Positions 56,158-64,000 of a stretch of 64,000 bases of DNA are shown one piece after another; within the stretch, counting starts at the first letter, position 1; each line of letters begins with the position of its first letter. The notes under the pieces are model-generated. The model was not told the DNA's origin, ran no database searches, and was given only the letters and a program-made list of their open reading frames with translations. The stretch covers positions 248,326 through 312,325 of IMG/VR virus record IMGVR_UViG_3300042010_000106. One strand, given 5' to 3'. The translations under genes were made by a program, and so were the position numbers.

Positions 56158-56802
56158 ATGGCTGAGAAAAAAATCGAGGAAATTCGCGATGCACTTCGCG
56201 TTATTTCCGACATCCAGAACATGGATGAAACCAATCCAATCGTACACCGCGTGAGTAACGCGACTGTTCGAAAGGTAACAACCACCGTTGCTGCTGTTCG
56301 CGAACCTACGCAATTGATCGTTCCTTTGAACGTGATTTGGTTCGACTTCGATCCGCAAAGCAAATTCTACAAAACAGCTCGCCGTCGTGTTTCGAAAAAC
56401 GCAGACGTTGGCGCCGGTACTCTCCACACGTGGGAAGTAATCGACACTTACGCTCAATTCATCGAAGATCAATTCTACGATGCAGAAGACGCGGAAATTC
56501 TGAACACTCAAGCGCCGTTGCCTGTTGCTTCGACAACCGTTATGGGTATCGCGAAACTGAGCGTTGCTGCTGTGAACGGTGCCACGCCAACGGTTGTCGG
56601 TGAAGGCGATCCGCGTTTGACTGACGCACGTACACCAACCGAACACACGCACGCGGAACGTCCTGCATCGCAATTGAAAACGCGCACGGGCATTGTGACA
56701 ATTGAAAACAGTGCTGCTCCAGTTGTTGGCGCTACGCTGTTCGCAACCAGTCCAAATTCCGCCGTATGGCGCCAAGTAACCACCGCCGACGTGAATCGTT
56801 AA
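56158..56802 (+). CDS. Fibre/whisker-like virion protein
   Basis: AS....GIAKLS...DPRLTDARTP.EHTH; paralogous to the N-terminus of the next gene. Confidence 0.6.
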   Translation: MAEKKIEEIRDALRVISDIQNMDETNPIVHRVSNATVRKVTTTVAAVREPTQLIVPLNVIWFDFDPQSKFYKTARRRVSKNADVGAGTLHTWEVIDTYAQFIEDQFYDAEDAEILNTQAPLPVASTTVMGIAKLSVAAVNGATPTVVGEGDPRLTDARTPTEHTHAERPASQLKTRTGIVTIENSAAPVVGATLFATSPNSAVWRQVTTADVNR

Positions 56803-56811
56803 GAGGCTGTT

Positions 56812-59139
56812 ATGACATTAACCGAGTTTGTAGATTCCAAACTTGCGATTGCGTTGGATTATCGCGGTTTGAGCAAATACAACCCGGTTGAGATTGTGGT
56901 CGAGGGCAACGGGCATACGTTCGTTGTTCTCGTTTCGCATCTTGAGCCGGATACCCTCACAGTTCCTTACAACGTTTCGTGGATTATGTCCGATCCCGAA
57001 CACCCTGATTACAAAGTATTGATGCGCCGCGTCGATGCTGAAAACTACGATGGCAACGGCTATCGCGGTTCGTGGGCAGTTCTTTCGACTGTCGAAACGA
57101 TTTTCGAAGAACCTCAATTCTTCAAGAAAGATTCCGATCCAATTCTTGGTGAAGTTGAACAATTCCGACCGCCAATTGCTACCGACAAAGCATACGGCGG
57201 TTTCTTCGTTTCTCATGTTGCCGCTGGTTCTGAATTGGCACCGGTTGTTGTTGAAACCAGCGACCCGCGCATGAGCAACGCACGCCCACCGAAAACACAC
57301 AGCCACGTACAAACCCCGGCCACCATGCTTAGCGCTGGTGACAGTCTGGAAAAATACGTAAACATTTCGACGGTAAACGATCCTGTTGCCGGTCAAATGC
57401 TGTTTGTTACGGGCACCGATGGCGACGGCAATTATGTTGGTGAATGGAAATATCCAACCGCTGAATTCCCGTACATTGGCCCGGTTCCGGTAAGCCTTGA
57501 TGTAATCGGCCCACTGGTTCCAGTTCTCGGCGGAACGAATCACGTTTTGCGTGCTGACGTTCTGATGGATGACGATACAACTCTGAATAGCGTTAAAGCT
57601 GTTTGGACTCTCGGCAACAATGCCGAATGGGCGCAAATCAATGCAGCTACCGGCGTTTTCAAAGCTGGTTTGGTTGCTGTCGATACGCCTGTAACTGTTC
57701 GCGCAACATGGACTCACGTTGATAGTGGCGAAGTAGTTTTCAAAGATTACATCATCACAATTATCGGCGATCCATCGTTGGTTATTCTCGACTTTATCAG
57801 CATTGGTGGCCCTACCGAAATCCAGAAATCGGAAACCGGTACGTATCCAGTAACCGCGCATTACACTGACGGTTCTACCGCTGTCGTAACGCCGAATGTT
57901 TATGAATCGAGCAATAGCGCTGCCGGTACATTCAGCAATGGCGTACTGACTCCGCGCTCTTCGCAAATTGGCGATCTTTCTACACGCCTGACTGCGACGT
58001 ATACCGCCAACGGAATTACACGCACGGCATTCATTGACGTGACCGTGAAAGATCCTGCAATTTATCCGGCGACGATTACAATCAATGGCCCTGTACAAGT
58101 TGATCAAGATGATTCGATCACTTTGCTGGCTCACGTTGTTTTCACTGACGGTTCTGAAGCCGATGTGAACACCGCTGCATGGTCTGTTGTATCGACTGTG
58201 TTTGCGACCATCACCACTCCGGCTGGCGTTCTGACTGCTAAACCGTTGACCACTCCGGGTTCTAAATCCGTGACTGTTAACGTTTCGTTTACGCAGAATG
58301 GCGTGACCAAAACTGCGTCGAAAGCAATTGCAATTGCTGACACCAAAAACTGGCCGACAACTGCACAAGTTCTCGGTAAAACAACTGTTGCTCCTAGCGC
58401 TACAGAAACTTACACGTACGAAGTGACATACACGGACGGTTCGAAAGTTCTGAAAACGCCTGTTTGGTCTAGTTCCGACGAAACCAAAATGACGATTGAT
58501 GCTGCGACTGGTGTGGCTACATACAACACCATCGAATCGACTGTGACTGTTCGCGCAGTTTACACAGAAGACGGAATCAATCTGAATGCCAACAAAGTTG
58601 TAACCATCGCTGTTCCGCCTGTAGTTGTTCCAGAAATGCGCATTGGTTCTGCAATGTTCGCTAACCGGTTGTTCACGGGTGGCCCAATCGCTTCTGAAAT
58701 CACTCCTGAAGAAGCTGAATACGATGTAATCGCTGATCCATCGCCGTACGGTCGCCCGTATGATCATTGGGCCGGTTTCGCAGAATTTGCTGCCGACAAA
58801 ATGACTCAAACTGTGACAACCGTTGACGGCACCACACCGGTAAGCGTCACCGTTGATAACGGCGAATACGTTTACATCATGTGGCCGAAGTCGAAAGGTT
58901 CTGCAATTGTCACTCTGTTGCAGCCGGGCGATTTCAACGAAATCATGGGCGGCGTTCTGTACCGCAACGAAATCCTTGGTAACTCTGATGGCTTGCCGGG
59001 TTACGATCCGAACTTGCCTAAGTTTGTCGAAGTTATGTACGACGATGGCACTGGTGAAATTCCGTGGATTGTTGTGCGTGCTGATGACACACCAAACGCA
59101 ACACAAACGTTCACGTACAAAATCAGCTATGTTCCATAA
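56812..59139 (+). CDS. Virion protein with tandem Ig-like (Big_2-type) repeats
   Basis: Repeated I.GP..V....YTDGS....W.....A.I....G.L units. Confidence 0.8.
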   Translation: MTLTEFVDSKLAIALDYRGLSKYNPVEIVVEGNGHTFVVLVSHLEPDTLTVPYNVSWIMSDPEHPDYKVLMRRVDAENYDGNGYRGSWAVLSTVETIFEEPQFFKKDSDPILGEVEQFRPPIATDKAYGGFFVSHVAAGSELAPVVVETSDPRMSNARPPKTHSHVQTPATMLSAGDSLEKYVNISTVNDPVAGQMLFVTGTDGDGNYVGEWKYPTAEFPYIGPVPVSLDVIGPLVPVLGGTNHVLRADVLMDDDTTLNSVKAVWTLGNNAEWAQINAATGVFKAGLVAVDTPVTVRATWTHVDSGEVVFKDYIITIIGDPSLVILDFISIGGPTEIQKSETGTYPVTAHYTDGSTAVVTPNVYESSNSAAGTFSNGVLTPRSSQIGDLSTRLTATYTANGITRTAFIDVTVKDPAIYPATITINGPVQVDQDDSITLLAHVVFTDGSEADVNTAAWSVVSTVFATITTPAGVLTAKPLTTPGSKSVTVNVSFTQNGVTKTASKAIAIADTKNWPTTAQVLGKTTVAPSATETYTYEVTYTDGSKVLKTPVWSSSDETKMTIDAATGVATYNTIESTVTVRAVYTEDGINLNANKVVTIAVPPVVVPEMRIGSAMFANRLFTGGPIASEITPEEAEYDVIADPSPYGRPYDHWAGFAEFAADKMTQTVTTVDGTTPVSVTVDNGEYVYIMWPKSKGSAIVTLLQPGDFNEIMGGVLYRNEILGNSDGLPGYDPNLPKFVEVMYDDGTGEIPWIVVRADDTPNATQTFTYKISYVP

Positions 59140-59148
59140 ATAAAGGAC

Positions 59149-59180
59149 GGGTCAGTTATCGAAAGGTAGCTGGCCCTTTC
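59149..59180 (+). terminator. Hairpin with GAAA loop (terminator or processing site)
   Basis: GGGTCAGTTATC-GAAA-GGTAGCTGGCCC-TTT. Confidence 0.55.
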
Positions 59181-59202
59181 CCTGTAAAAAGGAGGATTCA
59201 AC

Positions 59203-60870
59203 ATGGCCGGTATAGACGAAGTTCCATGGCCGGTAGAGCTACAAATAATCGGGCCATCGCAAACAATTCCAGAACGCACAAGCTTTACGTTTCGTGCACG
59301 CCTTTTGTACGACGATGAATCCACAAAAATTGTTCCTGCTGAATGGTTTTTGACGTCGAATGAATTCGGCACAATCACACCGGACGGGGTTTTCACCGCT
59401 GGTAGCGTTCCAACTGGAACACGTAGCGTTGAGGCGCAATGTTCGTACCTCGACCCACAAGCTGGCTACGTCTTAGCAGCGCAACAAACGTTCACCGTGA
59501 AAGATACTGATACCCCACCGGTTCTTTTGTCTTTGCATTTGGACGGGCCTACTGAAGTTCCCAAGAATTCAGAAGCAGAATACGTTGTAACAGCGCGCTA
59601 TAGTAACGGTACAACTGTTTCTGTTGAGCCTACGTCGCTTGTATCCAGCCGACCTGCTGTTGCGACAATTGATTTAAACGGTAACGCGACTTTTGCAGCG
59701 ATTCGCGGCAATGCGACCGTAGTTTTTACAGCGCAATACGTAAACGGCGCCGATACATTCGAAGCCACGCTGAGCATTCAAGTAATTGACTCGGCGATTT
59801 ATCCAGTTCGCGGCAACGTGTTCGGCCCAGCGGTCATAACCGAAAACGGTAAGGCGCAATTTGGATTGAATGTTGTTTTCGAGAACGGAAAAAATCAGCA
59901 AGTGATTGCTAACTGGCATTCGTCAAACCCGAAAGCCGGTGAATTGGATTGTAACGGACATTTTTGTGCTGCGTCTGTTGAAGGCGTAGAAACAACCACA
60001 ATTATTGCATCGTACGAATACGAAGGGACTATTACTTCGGCTTCGCTAGAACTGAGTGTGCTGGACATCACCGTTTACCCGGAAAGCCTGACCATCGACG
60101 GCCCTGAAAAGATTCGTGAAGGTTTGGTAGTTCAGTATTACACAACACTTCGTTTTTCTAACGGCACGCGTAAATCTGTTCTGGCGAATTTGCAGGCCAG
60201 TGATAGCGCAGGCGGTTATTTGGATGCAGGCTGTCAATTCCACGCGGCGTCTCAAGTGAGTGCACCGACAGACGTAATGCTGTTTGCAGTTCATGAGACT
60301 TTGACTTCACAGCGTTTTGTTGAAGTTATTCCGTCGCCAGTTTTGCCCGTTCGTTGTTATATCGAGCTGCGTTCGCCGATGTATGTTGGTGAATATCAAT
60401 CGCTGAAATTCCATGTCGTTTATGAAGACGGAACGGACATTGTGCTTCCTGCATCGTGGTCGCTGTCGAACACACACATTGCGGAAATCAGTGAAGGCGG
60501 CGTGCTGCACGCGATTGAGGTTGTGGAAACTGCCGAACTTGTTGTGCGTGCATCTTTGAACATTAGCGGTGTTGCATTGAACGCGGAATTGCCGGTGACG
60601 TTGATCGACAATAAAACGTATCCGATGTCGATAAGCATTAGCGGCCCTGAAAGTATCCGCGTAGGCATGGCAACTTCTTACACTGCGCTTGCATTGTTTT
60701 CCGATGGTACAGAACGCCCGGTTTCGCCGTTGTGGTTCTGCGCTGACGATCATGTAAACGTGATGTTGGGACGCGTTAAAGCGACAGCCCCCGGAACCTA
60801 TCACGTGTCCGTTACGTACACGCTGCAACACGAAACAGTAACCGCAACAATTGAGATAACCGTGTCATGA
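59203..60870 (+). CDS. Virion protein made almost entirely of Ig-like repeats
   Basis: About six P..L.I.GP...Y.NG...W...G.F units; AGGAGG RBS. Confidence 0.8.
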   Translation: MAGIDEVPWPVELQIIGPSQTIPERTSFTFRARLLYDDESTKIVPAEWFLTSNEFGTITPDGVFTAGSVPTGTRSVEAQCSYLDPQAGYVLAAQQTFTVKDTDTPPVLLSLHLDGPTEVPKNSEAEYVVTARYSNGTTVSVEPTSLVSSRPAVATIDLNGNATFAAIRGNATVVFTAQYVNGADTFEATLSIQVIDSAIYPVRGNVFGPAVITENGKAQFGLNVVFENGKNQQVIANWHSSNPKAGELDCNGHFCAASVEGVETTTIIASYEYEGTITSASLELSVLDITVYPESLTIDGPEKIREGLVVQYYTTLRFSNGTRKSVLANLQASDSAGGYLDAGCQFHAASQVSAPTDVMLFAVHETLTSQRFVEVIPSPVLPVRCYIELRSPMYVGEYQSLKFHVVYEDGTDIVLPASWSLSNTHIAEISEGGVLHAIEVVETAELVVRASLNISGVALNAELPVTLIDNKTYPMSISISGPESIRVGMATSYTALALFSDGTERPVSPLWFCADDHVNVMLGRVKATAPGTYHVSVTYTLQHETVTATIEITVS

Positions 60871-62159
60871 TTATTGGACTCGCAGCCGCACAGGTAGACT
60901 TCAAAATATTCGAATGGTTTTCGAATGCAGGCGCCGACTTCCAATTGAAGCTGGCAGGCCACACGCCAATTCGCGTAGAGCCTGATGATCTTATCGGGTT
61001 GAAGAAAACCACACGTGGGCCAACCGCTGGTTCTTATCAGGTTGTGTTGGCTAAATATCCCCAACTTGTTTTCCGTTCGATTAAGCAGCACGAAATCGAC
61101 ACGTTTTTCGAACACTTGAAACCGTTCGCTGGCGTACCGGACAAGCCGGGGTTTGAAGGCGGTCGCCGCGCACCAATTCGTAGAGACGTGTTGGAGAAAT
61201 CCGATAAGCAATCGTCGCAGTATTTTGTAGCGCCAAACTCCCCACGGGAACAAGGCTCCTACGATAAAAACGATTACCAATGGCGACAGGTTGTTCGCAC
61301 AGTTCAAATCACCACGAAAACACACGGTGCCACACGCCAAAGCTTGAAAGAGCATGAAATTGTTGGTGTGCGTTACCTGCGTAAATCCCACGGCGGTTAT
61401 GTAATCATGCCGAGCGGTGAGCGCGTGATGATTTCTCACGATAAGTACGAAGAGTTAACACTCAATTCGGACATCTTGCCGCGAGCGCGACAGGAAAAAG
61501 GCATCGTGGATTTGAACGACATTGCCCGCAACTTGCCGAAAGGTACGCGTATTCGAATGCCACGTATTCCGAAAACGCCAATCGTTAAAACACCACGCAA
61601 AACGGAAAAGGGTTCGGTAACTGATCGCCCATTCCATGAGCAAAACAAACCGCTCGTTTCACAGTTCGATTACAAAGAGTTCGACGAAGCCTTTGATTTC
61701 GAACCAGAAGACGAAGAAGAACTGCTAAATCCACCAGACGAATTCGAATTTGAAGACGACGAAACTGTAAATACACAGGGTGCACCGGCCCTTGATACAG
61801 AAGTTGGCGAAGAAGAAGATGACCCTGATATGGATCATTTGCAGGATGTTGAACACGACGAAGAAACAGGCGAACCAATCGAAGACGAAGACGCAGTTTA
61901 TGCCGAAGAAGGTTTGGTACTCAAAACCAAAGCAGGCGCGGAATGGATTGTTGTTGCGGTTGAAGAAGAAGGTTTGTCAGATAACCTGTTGCTTTACGAC
62001 GTGGAAACAAAAGCGCTTCGGAACTATCGAGTGCCAGCCGGTGAAGACTTGCGGAATATGAAGACCGTTACACCTGATCGAGTTATGAGCGGGCCAAAAT
62101 TCGAGAAGATACGGGACGAAGCCGTAGAACGTGACCTCACTGCTGGAAAACGTATATGA
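60867..62159 (+). CDS. Hypothetical protein with acidic linker
   Basis: 430 aa. Confidence 0.75.
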   Translation: MIIGLAAAQVDFKIFEWFSNAGADFQLKLAGHTPIRVEPDDLIGLKKTTRGPTAGSYQVVLAKYPQLVFRSIKQHEIDTFFEHLKPFAGVPDKPGFEGGRRAPIRRDVLEKSDKQSSQYFVAPNSPREQGSYDKNDYQWRQVVRTVQITTKTHGATRQSLKEHEIVGVRYLRKSHGGYVIMPSGERVMISHDKYEELTLNSDILPRARQEKGIVDLNDIARNLPKGTRIRMPRIPKTPIVKTPRKTEKGSVTDRPFHEQNKPLVSQFDYKEFDEAFDFEPEDEEELLNPPDEFEFEDDETVNTQGAPALDTEVGEEEDDPDMDHLQDVEHDEETGEPIEDEDAVYAEEGLVLKTKAGAEWIVVAVEEEGLSDNLLLYDVETKALRNYRVPAGEDLRNMKTVTPDRVMSGPKFEKIRDEAVERDLTAGKRI

Positions 62160-64000
62160 AATTCACGGCAATAGAAAAGCGTGCGATGAAAGCAGACCCA
62201 TTGGGGTTTGCTGCCGCGACACCTCGGAAAAAGCTAGGACAAATAATCGACGAATTGGAAGCCCGTTACAGCGACCCGGAACAGGAATCGCCTTTGTCGG
62301 ATGAACAATACGATTTGATTCACGATTATTACTGGAAGGGCAGAAAGAAACCTGCGAAGAAAGTGGGCGGTGTTAAGAACGTTGACATCACCCTTGAAGT
62401 TCCGATGAATAGTCTGGACAAATTCCGAACTGTTTCTGCCAACAAACAAGCCATCTTTATGCGTGCGACAAGCTACGTTATTTCCGACAAGGAAGACGGG
62501 ATTAGTTTGGCGATTACGTATGACGGTGGCGTTCCTGTTTTGGCAACAACACGCGGTGAAACTGGTTTAGTCGGTAAGAACGTGAGCAAGGTTATTCCGC
62601 TCCTGAACATACCGAAGAAAATCGCTTACAAAAAACGCTTTATGGTTCGCGCAGAATTCACCATCGACACGAAGGTGTTTAAGAAGCATTTTCCTGACGA
62701 TAAAACTGGCCGTAACACAGCCGGTGGTTTGTTGAACCGCGACGTACCAGACAAAAATATTGCCAAGTTCCGCGTCATTTGTTACGAAATCCTCATGGGT
62801 AAAAATGCGGGGCACAAACTTAGCGACCAGCTTGAATTGCTCAAGAAATATGGTTTCGATGTTGTGCCCTACATTGTCGTTGACAAGATCAACGAAGAAT
62901 TGTTAACCGACCTGCACAACCAACGCAAGAAGGATGCAGGCCGCGACATCGACGGCATTGTCGTCGCCAAAAACCAACCGTACGTGGTTACTCCCGGCTA
63001 TCCAGATTATTCATACGCGTTCAAAATAAACAGCCTTGAAACCGCTGTGCGTATTGTGGTCGAAGATGTTGTTTGGGAAGAAACACGGTACGGAAAATGG
63101 TTCCCCCGCATCATGATTCCACCGACCATAATCGGCGGTGTGGAAGTGTCCTTTTTTACCGGTCATAACAACTTCTACATCGAACACGGTTATCTGAAAC
63201 CGAAAAAGAAAAAGGGCGAGAAAGTTGCAAAGGTTCCACACGAACCGCGCCCGATCAATAAAGGAGCTGTGATTCTTGCTGTACGTAGCGGCGACGTAAT
63301 CCCCTATGTCATGCAAGTAGTGAAGGGCGCTAAAAAAGCGTCTAAGCCTAAAGCCAACTACGCAGAAGACGGCGTGCACTTGCGCGTTGTTTATTCACAC
63401 GAAGAAGGAAAGACAAATACACGTGTGGTCAAAGAGCTAGCCCATTTCTTTTCGGAACTGGAAGTAGACGGCCTCAAACGTGGCGGTGTGCAAATCCTCG
63501 TTGATTCAGGTTATGACACTGTTAAAAAGATTCTGAAAATGTCGCGTGTCGAAGCGCAAAGCCTACCGGGTTTTGCCGATAAGAGCGGCGCACAATTACA
63601 TAAGGCATTGAAAGCCTGCAAACCACGCATGACATTCTTGAACGTTGCACGTGGGTCAGCCGCTTTCGGTGAAGGCATTGGACAATCTCGCTTAACTGCG
63701 TTGATGGAAACCGTGCCAGATTTCATGGATCACACGGATAAATCTGTTGAAGAATTGACGAAGCTGGTCAAGACCGTTAAAGGTTTGGATAAACTCGCCG
63801 AACAGATTGCCGCGAACCTGAAAACGTTTAATAAGTTTTGCAAACGAAATGGGATCACCTTAGCAGCAGCCGAAAAACAGGAAGTGGTCAGCTCCGCAAT
63901 GGAAGGACAACGTTTCCTGTTCACGTCAATTCGTGACGCTGAAGTACAAGCGTGGATTATTGCAAATGGTGGCAAGATCGCAACGACAGTCAACCAAGCA
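62156..64000 (+). CDS. ligA: NAD-dependent DNA ligase (runs off the right edge)
   Basis: Manual translation: LSDEQYD, PMNSLDK, KEDG (KxDG), TRG, RAE, RNTAGG, DIDGIV, AFK, RSGDVIP, HhH region. Confidence 0.92.
   Translation, partial: MKFTAIEKRAMKADPLGFAAATPRKKLGQIIDELEARYSDPEQESPLSDEQYDLIHDYYWKGRKKPAKKVGGVKNVDITLEVPMNSLDKFRTVSANKQAIFMRATSYVISDKEDGISLAITYDGGVPVLATTRGETGLVGKNVSKVIPLLNIPKKIAYKKRFMVRAEFTIDTKVFKKHFPDDKTGRNTAGGLLNRDVPDKNIAKFRVICYEILMGKNAGHKLSDQLELLKKYGFDVVPYIVVDKINEELLTDLHNQRKKDAGRDIDGIVVAKNQPYVVTPGYPDYSYAFKINSLETAVRIVVEDVVWEETRYGKWFPRIMIPPTIIGGVEVSFFTGHNNFYIEHGYLKPKKKKGEKVAKVPHEPRPINKGAVILAVRSGDVIPYVMQVVKGAKKASKPKANYAEDGVHLRVVYSHEEGKTNTRVVKELAHFFSELEVDGLKRGGVQILVDSGYDTVKKILKMSRVEAQSLPGFADKSGAQLHKALKACKPRMTFLNVARGSAAFGEGIGQSRLTALMETVPDFMDHTDKSVEELTKLVKTVKGLDKLAEQIAANLKTFNKFCKRNGITLAAAEKQEVVSSAMEGQRFLFTSIRDAEVQAWIIANGGKIATTVNQA

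Overview
This window is 64 kb of a large (probably jumbo) myovirus-type dsDNA phage genome. It is densely coding and both ends fall inside genes: a GyrB-like ATPase on the left and an NAD-dependent ligase on the right. Replication and recombination genes include a family A DNA polymerase with an N-terminal UDG-like domain, a beta-clamp-like protein, a DnaX-like clamp loader, a DnaG-type primase, SbcC/SbcD, RuvC-like and Cas4-like nucleases, an SF2 helicase and a giant SNF2 helicase. These are interspersed with virion genes (tail sheath, Ig-repeat fibre proteins, a probable neck protein), a histone H1-like protein and clusters of small accessory ORFs. The gene set resembles my recollection of PaBG/Lu11/phiRSL1-like jumbo phages; I have not verified this by search. 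I saw no tRNA, rRNA, CRISPR array or transposase. Most notable signals: (1) a 9-residue motif D-V-[VI]-[VLF]-[DN]-[VI]-S-G-G shared by four unrelated proteins, one a zinc metalloprotease; (2) a ~500-nt highly structured non-coding element with GNA mini-hairpins and a G-rich tract, between a phage promoter motif and an orphan 310-aa gene; (3) a 63-aa protein carrying the EF-Tu P-loop peptide VGTIGHVDHGK; (4) a stand-alone tail-sheath C-terminal-like domain among accessory genes; (5) two recurrent promoter motifs (ACTGTAAA, TAATTT) and a repeated terminator-promoter cassette. All functional calls come from reading motifs by eye.
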